DNA from: Obrimoposthia wandeli
Lineage: Eukaryota
Direction: 5' to 3'
DNA: 64,000 nt
NCBI GenBank assembly: GCA_977020255.1
Contig: CDROCS010006690.1
Location: 1 to 64,000, forward strand
Shown here piece after piece: positions 19,430 through 31,826 of this stretch. A model generated the notes under the pieces. It was not told the origin of the DNA. It saw only the letters and a program-made list of their open reading frames with translations, and did no database searches. Position 1 is the stretch's first letter. The number at the start of each line of letters is the position of its first letter. A program made the translations under genes and the position numbers.

Positions 19430-19650
19430 TTTATGATTTTTTATCTCTTTAATTAGTTCGAGGACAGAGTCTCCCGACTTAACCTATTCAATTAATTACT
19501 TCGAGTATCAATCCACTCGATTCTCACTTTATCAAATTTATTTACGATTTTATCTTTTTAATTAGTTCGAGGACAGAGTCTCCCGACTTAACTTATTCAA
19601 TTAATTACTTCGAGTATCAATCCACTCGATTCTCACTCTATCAAATTTAC
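19430..19650. repeat. About 109-bp tandem duplication in the retroelement leader
   Basis: attagttcgaggacagagtctcccgacttaac... starts at both 19452 and 19561. Confidence 0.9.
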
Positions 19651-19654
19651 TGAC

Positions 19655-20045
19655 TCGAAGAACAAATCTACCCGATTTCTCAAAACTTATCAACTTCTTA
19701 ACTTCGAGGAACAAATCTACCCGATTTCTCAAAAACTTATCAAATTCTTAACTTCGAGGAACAAATCTACTCGATTTCTCAACACTTATCAAATTCTTAA
19801 CTTCGAGGAACAAATCTACTCGATTTCTCAACACTTATCAAATTCTTAACTTCGAGGAACAAATCTACTCGATTTCTCAACACTTATCAAATTCTTAACT
19901 TCGAGAAACAAATCTACCCGATTTCTCAACACTTATCAAATTCTTAACTTCGAGGAACAAATCTACTCGATTTCTCAACACTTATCAAATTCTTAACTTC
20001 GAGGAACAAATCTACCCGATTTCTCAACACTTATCAAATTCTTAT
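19655..20045. repeat. 49-bp tandem repeat in the leader (about 8 copies)
   Basis: Unit cttcgaggaacaaatctactcgatttctcaacacttatcaaattcttaa, with the period checked at 19801/19850. Confidence 0.95.
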
Positions 20046-20065
20046 CTCAATTTACTTATCTTTTC

Positions 20066-20325
20066 TTCTGAAACTTATTCTCAATTGTCTATATTCTTCT
20101 GCTGAAACTTATTCTCAATTTATCTGAAACTTATTCTCAATTTATCTGCAACTTATTCTCAATATCTGAAACTTATTCTTAATATCTGAAACTTATTCTT
20201 AATATCTGTAACTTATTCTTAATATCTGTACTTATTCTATTTACCTGAAACTTATTCTCAATTATCTGAAACTTATCCGAACTTATTCTATTTACCTGAA
20301 ACTTATTCTCAATTATCTGGAACTT
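20066..20325. repeat. About 20-24-bp imperfect tandem repeat in the leader
   Basis: The core ctgaaacttattctcaat recurs about 11 times. Confidence 0.85.
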
Positions 20326-20356
20326 ATCTACGTGAATTCGCTGTGTCCGACGAGCT

Positions 20357-20375
20357 ATCCTCACTCGGGGCACCA
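20357..20375 (-). promoter_or_regulatory. Primer-binding site, elongator tRNA-Met-like
   Basis: Minus strand TGGTGCCCCGAGTGAGGAT lies 8 nt inside the LTR end. It resembles the complement of the metazoan elongator tRNA-Met 3' end (TGGTGCCCCGTGTGAGGAT). Confidence 0.8.
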
Positions 20376-20586
20376 CTTTAATATGTTGGGGTTTCTATAC
20401 GAAACTTGGTACAGATCCTCTGAAATGCGGAGGGCCCCAACGTGAGTTCGAATAGAAGCAGGTCTTAAAGTTGGTCGTGGCCTACTTAGTGTTATGGTTG
20501 CCTATCTCTTGTACTATCTGAAGGTATTTGATTTGATGTCTCTTAATTTGAAGGTGTAAAACAACTGGTTCTAATGTAGGAAATCG

Positions 20587-20592
20587 TTTATT
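20587..20592 (-). promoter_or_regulatory. Candidate polyadenylation signal in LTR
   Basis: AATAAA on minus, about 200 nt before the LTR 3' end. Confidence 0.5.
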
Positions 20593-20811
20593 GGTAATTC
20601 ACAAATCTAAAACACAACAATACGTTTATGTACGTATTTTCTAAAAAGTACAGTAAAAATTCCTAAGACTTCTGTAAGTCTCTATAACCAGTGGGGATGA
20701 ACCACGTATCGATTTTACGTTAAGGGTAATCGAGATTTTAGAGTTGTTCCTCTAACTCTCTTGACGACAATATTGTAGGGCAATTACTTCTTTAACAATT
20801 ATTGTAGTTCA

Positions 20812-22100
20812 AAAGGGGCAAACAATTCTACTAAAATATTGTGGTTTAAAATGGGTAAACAATTCTACTAAATTATTTTGGTTTACAATGGGCAAACAAT
20901 TCCACTAAATATTGTGATTTAAAATGGGCAACACAATTCTATTAAAATATTGTGATTTTTAAAATGGGCAACACAATTCTATTAAAATATTGTGATTTTT
21001 AAAATGGGCAACACAATTCTATTAAAATATTGTGATTTAAAATGGGCAACACAATTCTATTAAATATTGTGATTTAAAATGGGCAACACAATTCTATTAA
21101 AATATTGTGATTTAAAATGGGCAACACAATTCTATTAAAATATTGTGATTTAAAATGGGCAACACAATTCTATTAAAATATTGTGATTTAAAATGGGCAA
21201 CACAATTCTATTAAAATATTGTGATTTAAAATGGGCAACACAATTCTATTAAAATATTGTGATTTAAAATGGGCAACACAATTCTATTAAAATATTGTGA
21301 TTTAAAATGGGCAACACAATTCTATTAAAATATTGTGATTTAAAATGGGCAACACAATTCTATTAAAATATTGTGATTTAAAATGGGCAACACAATTCTA
21401 TTAAAATATTGTGATTTAAAATGGGCAACACAATTCTATTAAAATATTGTGATTTAAAATGGGCAACACAATTCTATTAAAATATTGTGATTTAAAATGG
21501 GCAACACAATTCTATTAAAATATTGTGATTTAAAATGGGCAACACAATTCTATTAAAATATTGTGATTTAAAATGGGCAACACAATTCTATTAAAATATT
21601 GTGATTTAAAATGGGCAACACAATTTTATTAAAATATTGTGATTTAAAATGGGCAACACAATTCTATTAAAATATTGTGATTTAAAATGGGCAACACAAT
21701 TCTATTAAAATATTGTGTTTTAAAATGGGCAACACAATTCTATTAAAATATTGTGATTTAAAATGGGCAACACAATTCTATTAAAATATTGTGATTTAAA
21801 ATGGGCAACACAATTTTATTAAAATATTGTGATTTAAAATGGGCAACACAATTCTATTAAAATATTGTGTTTTAAAATGGGCAACACAATTCTATTAAAA
21901 TATTGTGATTTAAAATGGGCAACACAATTCTATTAAAATATTGTGATTTAAAATGGGCAACACAATTCTATTAAAATATTGTGATTTAAAATGGGCAACA
22001 CAATTCTATTAAAATATTGTGATTTAAAATGGGCAACACAATTCTATTAAAATATTGTGATTTAAATGCAAACAATTCCACTAAAATATTGTAGTTTAAA
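20812..22100. repeat. 38-bp tandem minisatellite inside LTR (about 33 copies)
   Basis: Unit aaaatgggcaacacaattctattaaaatattgtgattt, with the period checked at 21121/21159. Copies degenerate at both edges. The same array ends at 1-180 in the other LTR. Confidence 0.97.
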
Positions 22101-22200
22101 ATGCTATCAACCTCGTCGCGTCTCACCGATTTGATCTTAGATATCCGAGATGGTCCTTGCCTTTTGTGGGATATCCGAGCTTGTGTAGACCTAGTCGACC

Positions 22201-22330
22201 GATTTGAGGATTTGTGAGCTAAGTTGGTTGATTTGAGGATTTGCAAGCGAAATTGTCTGTTTTGAGGATTTGCGAGCTAAATTGTCTGATTTGAGGATTT
22301 GCGAGCTAAATTGTCTGATTTGAGGATTCA
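22201..22330. repeat. 29-bp tandem repeat inside LTR
   Basis: Unit gatttgaggatttgcgagctaaattgtct, 4-5 copies. The counterpart is at about 277-455. Confidence 0.9.
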
Positions 22331-23338
22331 ATTTCCTTTCCTTTAAGCAATTAATTTCACTGATTTGAGGGTTCAATTTCCTTTCCTTTAAGCAATTAAT
22401 TTCAGGCAATCTAAATTATAGACTAAAAAATGAAATCGCCCAAATTCCTTACCTACTAACTTCTCCTCAGTCGATTGTCTATTCCGCTTTGTTTGTGTGT
22501 TCCTTCTCTTTTGTAATTGGTTTGGGCAGCGACTTTTATAGTCGATTTTCAATCAGTAATGTCGGCAGTGTGCGTGTTTGTTTCTTGGCGACTTTTATAG
22601 TCGATTGTCAATCAGCAATGTCGGGCAGCTGAAATATATTTCCTGAGCGTAAGTCCTGACAGCTGAAAAATTCAATTAATTCACGGCACGAAAATGTGCT
22701 TACCGTTTCCTTGATTGACGTTTTTCGAAGTTCCTGTTTTTCTTTTAATTACTGTTTTTTTGTTGCACTTTTGGGTTAATTAATCTAACTTTTATACATT
22801 TCACATTATACACGACCTTCGTGGTCCTCCTAATTTTTACCCTAAATTCCACTAATTTCAATTCTAAAACTAAAATTAATATTTAATTTAATTTTCAACC
22901 TTGCTTTCAAGGACTTTTATTTTAGTATTTAATCGACTAAAATATTTAAATTTCTTAATTCTCAAACCTAACACTTCTAGTAGTGTTGCTCTTTTATACA
23001 GAGCCAGGGAAAACAGAATTTGTCCAATCAGACACCGGCGGTAGAGGGAATATTCGCATCCGGGCCTGTAATCCGTCTGATCTGACCGCAAAGCTTGTAT
23101 TTTGAACTGGGACGGGGAAAACTGGCCGAGTGAGATAAATATTCCAAAAATCAATAATGCACAGGCAGCATTTGAACTGGGACGGGGAAAACACAGCACA
23201 TATCCGTCTACACAGCAGAGGCACTATCCGACAGTTTGTCAGTTCTGCACGCACGAGATGATGACGCTGCTGCATTGATGTAACTGGTCGAACCAGGAAA
23301 CTGTAGTAACAGTTGACGATGAAATGAAAAGGGAAATG

Positions 23339-23658
23339 TCATTGGCAGTAGGCAGAGACTGCATTCACAGTAGTGGACAAAATGGGGATTGGCGTTGTTG
23401 TTACTGCTGGCGGTTTGTTGTCGAGATACAGAGATGATGTTGATGATGACCACTGTGTTGGATGATGCTGGCCGATGATGGGGAAGGAGTTGTTATCTCC
23501 GGGCAGACAGAATGTTGTGCTGGCCGAGGACACTGGAGATAGGCCGCTGCTACTGGGCGGTAAATGCTTGAGATAAAAATCTATTTTTCCATCCACTTTT
23601 TCCGCCGCCTTCCTGACGAGCCTGGCAAGGCAAAACGGGACGTCCACCCCGTCGGAGG
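23339..23658 (-). other. Possible terminal exon of an unidentified gene
   Basis: GC-rich island with acceptor ttttacttgtcag and an open frame (DVPFCLARLVRKAAEKVDGKIDFYLKHLPP, then S/T/P-rich). No family recognised. Confidence 0.3.
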
Positions 23659-24414
23659 CTGACAAGTAAAACCTCCCTGACTGTGGGTACTTCAGTTAAT
23701 GTCAATTTTAATTGACGAAAAATATTTATTAATTTTTTTAATTAATTAATGTAATTTTTTAACCCAACATATCGATATCCCTTATTAATGGAAGAATTAA
23801 CCTTTGGATTAAATTTTGTATGGCTATAGATTCTTCTAATTGTTTTCATTTTTTGTATCTTATTGTAATTTTATTAAAATGTTGGGACCAGAGTTGAAGT
23901 ACTTCTTATCGAAGCCTCTGGTGCGTGAGTTCTTTAGAGTGACGGCCTACCCTTTTATTCTCAACATATATCTGTATGTATTTGTTTTTATCTGCCTCAT
24001 TTCTAATTCCAAATTTTCGCTTACTCAGTGAGTCTATGACTTCTAGAAACCGCATGTTTTCAGTTAAATGTGGAGCTGTTCTCTATATTCTCTAATCGTA
24101 AACGGTCAAACTCTTTCGAAAATACAATTTTTTTCAAAACAAATAATTTATTCAAATCAAATTGAACTAAAATACGTTAGCTTACAATATAAATACTAAA
24201 AAGAGTTTCGTCCAAGTTATCCTGAAGTGTCTGGGAAATATGTTCTGCGTGTTCAGACTAATTTTATTGTGGGAAAAATGGATATTACAAAAGGCTTCGG
24301 CTTGGTTCAGGCTTAATATATTTTTTCCCTGATTTTAATTCTACAAACAAAATAGTCCGTGTTCAGGACAACTAATAAATAAAATTGTTTTTAGATTTTA
24401 ATAATTAATTTGAA

Positions 24415-24800
24415 TTACACTCGCCATAAAATTCTCGAGGCTTGGTCCTGTTGTGAGTTCGTCCTATTGTTATTTTCTTGTTGATTTTTTCTTGGATCCT
24501 TCAAGTTTTCATCTCGTGGGAAAATTCGGTCTGCCTGATTTCTTCGAAACTCTGTCGGAAAATTGGTGATTCTTTTCTTGTTGTAGTCTTCTGTTATACA
24601 GCTGCAGTCCGCCAATGAGCGCTGCTTCTCCTTGGAAAATCCAAAAATTCTGCGATCACGAATCGCTGTGATTCTTTTGCCAACTGTTTGTTCTGGTCTG
24701 GCTAGTTCCACTGGGTGTAGTGGTGTCTGTCAAATCCACTTCTTGTATTTTCTTGCCCGCTTATTTTTCTTACTTACTTACAAGTTGTGGTGTCTCATGT
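24415..24800 (-). mobile_element. Degraded non-LTR retrotransposon (LINE) RT fragment
   Basis: Weak resemblance to the RPISLL..GK and QxGFR..RST.D.IF regions, split across frames. Confidence 0.3.
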
Positions 24801-27664
24801 GACTCTATTTATGCTGTTGAATCAGCGGTAACATGAGATCGATTAATTTCCATTTCCAGTTTTCTTAAATTGTTCCCTTTTTAGTAATTTAATTTTATCT
24901 TCAGAGTTATTAAATTTCCTTGGCCAGGACTATAAATATAGCCAATTATTTAATTATTTTTATTAAATTCGTCAGATTCTGGACCTCAACAAAAAGAGTA
25001 ATTAAAAATCTATTATAGTTTTTGAAGCACAATATATGTAAGTCTACACGAATCGGTAGTTCAATATCGTAAGTAAGAAATCTCGACATATTAATGACTA
25101 TTGTAGCCACAAATTAACAATAACCATTAAAAGACTTGAAACTTTATGCGAAATAAGTATAAAACCCGATTTGCACTCACTAATTAATCATGAAACCGGC
25201 GTTTGTCTACTATTGTTAATCCGATTGTTGACAATTCCGTAGAAATATGACATATTACAAATATATGGAATTTTAAAATAGGTAATTTATCTAAATTGAT
25301 AATACATGATAACAGGCTGAGTTTTTAATGTCATGTTAGGACGTATAAAGAGCAACTTTCTCGCTGTCTATAAGATGCAAAGTTGAGTTATCTAAATTTT
25401 CCTATTTTATTTTGATGTTTTTTTCGTATTCATTAGAAAAGTTAAAATTCAAATTTAATTGAAAAAATAAATTCAAACAAATGTAATTAATACGATTATA
25501 TTTGGTTACGGGTTTAATGACCACAAATGTATAAGACAGATGAAATTACATAAAAGTAGTGACTGAGTGGAATTGTCGAATAAATGGATTAATAAATATT
25601 ATACCGTAGTTGAACCCTGGAACTGAAACTGACCTAAGGTAATTACGGATAATTGAATGTGATTGAATAGACAGTCGGATTAACGAGTGTAGAATGTATC
25701 TCTAAATACAATTTAGTTTCAAACATCTGACGATCCTGTATCTAAATTTGTTTGTTTGTAAAATCTTGGTTTCTATTTAATAAAAGGAAATGTTTTAGTT
25801 AAAGTTATTTGATTAATTTTATTGCCGCGCAAGAATATTTTGACATGAATCCAAGATTTACCGAGAAAATTTAGGATGTTAAATTATAGAATAAATTCAC
25901 AAACCATTTTGATTATTTAATTACTTTATCAGAACCGATACAAAAAGGCATCATAGTATTTAAAAATAATTTATTAATTTGCCCATATTGCGAGTATTTC
26001 CTCTGATATATTTTGTATGTTTCATAAATTTGTTATACATTCATATTTGTAAAAGCATATTTTGTAAAAGCAACTCCATGTCGAAAATAAATGAAGGTCA
26101 CTGGAAAAGAATGTGTTCGTTGCGGATTGTCTTTCAAGAATATGACGGAGCTGAGGAAGCACCAGAAAAAGAAGAAGGTTAAAGAAGCCAACGTTGCTGC
26201 TGCTGCTGAGGCTGTTGTTGCCATTGCTGAGCCATACTGGATGGAGAGAGAAGACGACGACAAAAAGGTTGTGGGTGTAGTTTGTGTCGCCAGAGACCCA
26301 AGAACACAGTGCTGAGACCCTGCGGTCATACGATTTGTTCTGAGTGCGCAGTCGCTGACAGAGTGGAAAAAAAATATAACACCAAGATTTTCGTCTAAGT
26401 GCACTAATTAGTGTGTATGTTTGCTGCATAGTTTTAGATTTATGATATTTTTAACAAATGCAAATTAAAAAAGTTAGAAGTGGTGTTTTCGAATTTTTAA
26501 TATTCCTTAAAAACCACATTCCTGTCAGTGAATTTGTTCAACTTATTATATTGATGATATTCATTTCTAATTTTTTCTTTGTACTTTCATAATATTACCT
26601 AATTGATAATCTTTACGTTTATAAATTAAGTAATGAAACTGCCCCGCTTCCTACATACCAACTTACTGTTCTTTTTAGAAACCAGATAATTGTATTTACA
26701 TACAAATAACAAAATATTGAAGTATTATAAGTTATTGATATATTAAATAAATAAATCCAACCTGTAATACTATTCAAAAAGTTAATTATCCTTAATTGGA
26801 AAGACATAGATAAGATTAAATTTTTGGTGGACAATGTTTGATTCTTCGTAAATTAATTGCAATTTATTATTACTAAATAACATATTTTATCATTCCTTTT
26901 TGACAACTGACGATTTGCTTTTAAAATACCGTCAGTAACAAGGGGTCCTATAACCCTTAAATATGCCAAATATTCTGTTAAGTTTCTAAAGCTAATAAAT
27001 CTTGATATAAATGTCGAAGAACGTGGTTTATTTTACAAATTGTATAATTGTAATAAAAATCATAAAGTGTACTAAATTATATACTTATAATAATACTGTG
27101 TAATAACAGAAATAAAATAGTAAAAAAGCCTAGCTCCCAAAATACGTTATCAGTGATTTAATTTTGGTTTTCTTTTCAGTATTTGAAAAGTTAAACAACG
27201 AGACTTAAAAGGATAAAAAAATATTTTTAGATATTAACAAAAATAAAAACTTATTATTTGTAAAAATAAATATTTATGTGATTTATTTTGTATTATTGAT
27301 ATTATTTTTAAAATTTTCAGGCCTTTAATTGTTTTTGAGATTGTGAATTGATTGAAAGAATTTTAACCGATTTTTCAAAAATCCCACTTAAAGTAGAAGT
27401 TAACGGAATACTTTCCAAAGACATTTAAAACCAGAAATGAAGAATCTAAAAGTGTGGTTGTAGAATTAGAAGATTTATGGGCATCATTCAATATTCCCCT
27501 TATTTCTACACAGAAAATTCGTTATAAGATATCATTATTAATTAAAAAGCATGAATATTATATCAAACATCGTAGTACCAAAAAAACTGTTAATTATAAA
27601 AAGAAATCTTTTGTGATGTAACTGTATTAATTTGGCATGTATTACGTAATATTTTTAATGTTAA

Positions 27665-29238
27665 CCCATTATATCCCAGGTTCACAATTTTTTGATTTTT
27701 TAAATGATTTTTCCAACAATATAGTTTAAAAGGCGTAAAAATATTTTGTACTATTCGTAATTAATTTACCTCAACAAATAACCAAGATATGGGGTGATCT
27801 CATATGAGATCACTTGGATAATAAGGTACTAAATGTATAGTTAATTCAAACAAATACACCAATTTTTAAAAAATGTATTGACGAGTTATTATATTCTGTG
27901 GTACGGTAAAAAAACAAACAACACATAAGGTGATATTGCATTTTGAGTAATATGTTTTTGGTCGTGAAGAACAGGGCTTGTTTTGACATCTTCTTTGATG
28001 ATCCCGTTTTCTTATAATGTGACCTTTGGAGTTGAATCGAATACTTGGTTCAATTTTTGATGGTCCGGGTACTGATTTTTTCCGACCAAGCTCACATCAA
28101 GGACTTGCCAATTTTAAATATGATTTCCATAGATTCTTTTGGATCATCATGTACAAATTTGTAAATTATCCATGAATTTACCACTGCCACATCAATAATA
28201 CGAGTAAAAAGAGGCCAATACCACTTTTACCTCGAATTGATGTTGAGTATTTTTTTGCTAACCAATCATGTTTGTCAACACCTCCCATGTAAACATTATA
28301 GTTTTTCATTGTATTTGGTTGAGAAACATATCCTCTTATCTTTATGTCTTTTTGCCAACGTTGTACTTTTCCTAATGGCTCTACTGTGTCGTAATTAGTC
28401 CCAACAATCTCCATATAGGTACCGAATCACAAAGCTTTCTTTTTTTCTATGCAAAGGCGTTTTTTAAGATTTCAATAGATTGATTAAAATTTAATATCAT
28501 TACCTATCACTTGGCTGCCAGTTGAATCATCCACATGCAATTCCAGTATACGCCGAACATCTCCAATTATTGCTTCTGCAGTACATTTGTCATCGTCATT
28601 GTCTGTCAACTCATCCACTTCGGGAGGAATAATAATGACTTCTGCTGAATCGATATATCCATCTTCAACAGCGTCCTCCAAACGAACTTTGATCTCATCC
28701 AATGTCAAAGATTTGATACATAGATGTGACATGTTTGTAATATATTTAATTAAAAAGTAAAATTAAAAATGATGGTTTCATATATTTATTGAGAATTATG
28801 CAGATCTTATCGTATAATATATGTTTAATCTCCTACTAAAATTTTACCTAATATGACTATATACCCTACATTATCCCAGTGATCTCATATGAGATCAGTA
28901 AATTGTAACAACGTTTTCTCTTGACATACAATACATTCTCATGTATTTTAAAAAGTAGATTATTACTGTTTTTCTTATTTATTAGTCGAACTAAAATTCA
29001 ACTCGTTATTTTAATTTATACTATACAAATACACTCTATTTATACTACCATCCCTAATTGTGAAATTTTCAACATTTTAATTCATGTTTTGACCAATTAA
29101 TTTTTTTTATTAAATTAATAACGTATATGCATAGAAAAATATGTAGTATATTTGTAAAATCTATAAAACGTACATAAATCTCTAAAGTTGCTTCACAAAG
29201 TATCTTTTTATGGGGTGATCTCCTATGAGATCAGTGGG
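27665..29238 (-). mobile_element. Internally deleted piggyBac (PGBD2/3-like) element
   Basis: TTAA|CCC...GGG|TTAA ends. Transposase remnants are 28484-28732 (IIIPPEVDELTD) and 28178-28414 (YNVYMGGVDKHD..Y...IRGK). Three copies of a 20-bp palindrome. Confidence 0.8.
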
Positions 29239-29502
29239 TTAATATATTTAATTTTTCCCAAATTCGCAGAACGTTTTCTATATGTAATAATGAGATGGCT
29301 ACACAGAGATTGAGATGAATAAAGCAACGGTTAGATAAAGATCTTGAATTGCAGAAAGAATATACCGCTACAATTATTGACCATATCAAGAAAGGATATG
29401 TAAAAGAAGGGAAGTAAGAAGAGTTGGCTAATTCTCAGAAATATATTAAATAAAAACATAACATCAAAATAAATTCCGATACTGAAAAAAACGTTAACCG
29501 AG

Positions 29503-30600
29503 TCATATAATAGTTTCTGACTGGAAAAAAACTTGAAGATCTGTCTCAGTAGGTCTGACGATAGAAGCAACCTCAGCATCGAGTTCAAAATTGGTGGACT
29601 GCATGAAATGGGTGTTAGTTTGATTTTCGATCTCGGACTCATTGTTCAGTGTCTTCTCCTCATCGATCGTTTCATCGTGGTTAGCTGGCTCAATTTTGTG
29701 CTGCATGATGAGGGGGAATCTGACTCGGTAATTGTATGGGTAGTGTGGCTCTAACTGCGGCTGTGGTTTATAGCGCTTGGGCCAGCTGAAAGGAGGTACC
29801 GGCATCAGCCCAGCCTGCAGGCTGGTCGCCGGGTCTGGGAAGCAGTAATTATCCCAGTGTCGTAGTAAACCCAGCATCATGATACTCTTGCTCGACCTCT
29901 GCTCGTACTCATTTAGTGCTCGGTCCACTAACCCGCCTTGGCGACCGAAACAAGTCAGTGCCCGAAACGGTCCTCGACCCTTGAATGTAAATATATCAGA
30001 AAATTGAAACTTCACCTCGTACTTGTGAGATAAACCATTCAATATTCGACTATATGGAAACGCGTCAAAACTCATAAAAAGTTTGTAGAACGTCTTGGTA
30101 CGACTATAACCATTCGTGTTGCACCATTCGTAGAAATCCTCTTGTGTCATAATATCGATTTTCAAATTGTAGTAGCTCAAAAACTGTTTCCGAGTCGCAT
30201 CGCATTCCAGCACATAAATTGATCGAAACCATAGCTCGTATTTTTCATCATAAAATTTGCCAACCTTCATGACGCAGTTGTGATCATTCTTTGACATAAG
30301 AATCCCGTATCCGTAATCTTTAAACTTTGACTGTTGTTCTGAGGCATCGCCTTTACCATCCTTCTCGGTTTCAGGAGTTTGAATTTCGTCATTCATGTAT
30401 TCATCAGAAGAATTCTTCATTATGTTTTCACTGGGTAGTTTCTCATCGCCTTTGCTCTCTGGAATACCTTCGGTCTTTGACGTATCAACCTCAGCATAAT
30501 TGTCATCATAATTTTCATATACAGCTTCTGATTTTGTTGACCCTATTTTTGGTGCCTTTTCAGGCTCTTCTTCTTTAGTTTTACTCTTACAGCAGCCCAT
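29503..30600 (-). CDS. Intronless orphan protein with N-terminal MGCC acylation motif
   Basis: Long uninterrupted ORF in AT-rich DNA. MGCCKSK fits myristoylation plus palmitoylation. No family recognised. Confidence 0.6.
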   Translation of the reverse strand: MGCCKSKTKEEEPEKAPKIGSTKSEAVYENYDDNYAEVDTSKTEGIPESKGDEKLPSENIMKNSSDEYMNDEIQTPETEKDGKGDASEQQSKFKDYGYGILMSKNDHNCVMKVGKFYDEKYELWFRSIYVLECDATRKQFLSYYNLKIDIMTQEDFYEWCNTNGYSRTKTFYKLFMSFDAFPYSRILNGLSHKYEVKFQFSDIFTFKGRGPFRALTCFGRQGGLVDRALNEYEQRSSKSIMMLGLLRHWDNYCFPDPATSLQAGLMPVPPFSWPKRYKPQPQLEPHYPYNYRVRFPLIMQHKIEPANHDETIDEEKTLNNESEIENQTNTHFMQSTNFELDAEVASIVRPTETDLQVFFQSETII

Positions 30601-31826
30601 TTGAGCTGTGCAGATAAATACCTTCTCAGACTTCTGATAAACTAAATCATGACAAAACCAATAATTATACAATCAATTATATAATATAACTTTTTTTTTC
30701 AATGCCATATTTTCTTGACAATCAATTTGAAAGTTGATACAGGATTTCCACTTAACCAGACTTTAAATTAATGTATCATATATATTGTTTTAAATTACTA
30801 TAACAAAAGAAAGTTATGAATACATGAAAACGAAAAATTCAGGAAAACATAACAGATGGGTAATTTCTGGTTCATTAAGATTCTTTATTCCGTTTGTTAT
30901 TCAGGCAAATATTTTGATGCATAAACTTTGCTTAGCTGATTGGAATGAAGTCATCGATGATACATTGGATATAGGAATTAAAATTTGTAATAACACAATT
31001 CCAGATATTCCAGATAATAAAAAGTAATATAATTAAAGGTGTTCGTAATACATTGTGGAATGCAAACGCAGCTGTGGAATATATGAAACTGTGGAGTTAG
31101 GCTATATAGTTGAACATCTATTAGGAATCGTGGAGTCGCCGACAAACTAAACAATTATTGTATTCGAATCCGAAACCTATAACAAAGTTGTGGATTGCTT
31201 TTGTCCGACGCTTACTTGGATTGGACGTCTGGTTACTAACCACGAAGCATTCATCGCTAAAAGTATTCTGATCACCTCTAGAACTCAGACGTATGCTGCT
31301 GAATATGAAACGCAATAGAGAAGCCCCGTCAACAATCGGAGAAGTGCTAAGTTATATGGTAACAAAATTGCACCTAAACAAAGAAAGGTTCTTTAGTTGT
31401 TCACCCTGTCATACGAATAATGACTTATTTTTCACGCTAGGCAAGTCTGATCGACTTGAGATGGTCCAGAAGCTGTTCTATGAAAGGGGTTTCGCCACTT
31501 TCAAAAAGAAGAAAATTGCCATGGACAACAAGGTATTTCAGACTGCTCTTGATAAGTACGAGATCTACACTGTTGGCCCGAACATAAAAAGGCCAATAAC
31601 TTCATCTACTACTTCAAGTTGAACAACCCTCCTGGCGGTTTCAGAAGGACGGTCAATCAATTCGTTGAATATACAGACTTTGAAAACAGAGAGATCTTAG
31701 TTAATTTGCTAATTTAGTAAATTTATTTAGATTACTTAATATATTTTTTAATTAATATCCATTTAAACATTTTCAAATTTATTCAATAAGCAGTAACAAT
31801 ATTCTATTTCAGACTATCTATACTAA

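Larger units (their letters stand above)
1..22973 (-). mobile_element. Giant Ty3/Gypsy LTR retrotransposon with env and multiple captured accessory domains (left end beyond window)
   Basis: Direct repeats 1-1052 and about 21900-22973 both end at CTCAAACCTAACA. There is a PBS at 20357-20375. Gag CCHC, PR, RT (YIDD), RNase H and integrase occur in Gypsy order on the minus strand. Confidence 0.97.
20384..22973 (-). repeat. 5' LTR (about 2.6 kb)
   Basis: The minus strand starts TGTTAGGTTT and ends AAACCCCAACA (TG...CA with imperfect terminal inverted repeat). It is followed by the PBS and contains AATAAA at 20587-20592. Confidence 0.93.

Noticed and set aside
20812-22100. CRISPR-like array
   Set aside because: Head-to-tail repeats with no unique spacers, in a eukaryotic LTR context.
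21986-22409. ORFs in the LTR repeats (also 20179-20376 and 512-893)
   Set aside because: They arise from stop-free repeat units and have no protein features.
26091-26315. C2H2 zinc-finger-like ORF (CVRC...ELRKHQ)
   Set aside because: The second His is missing, the ORF is short and low-complexity, and there is no clear splice context.
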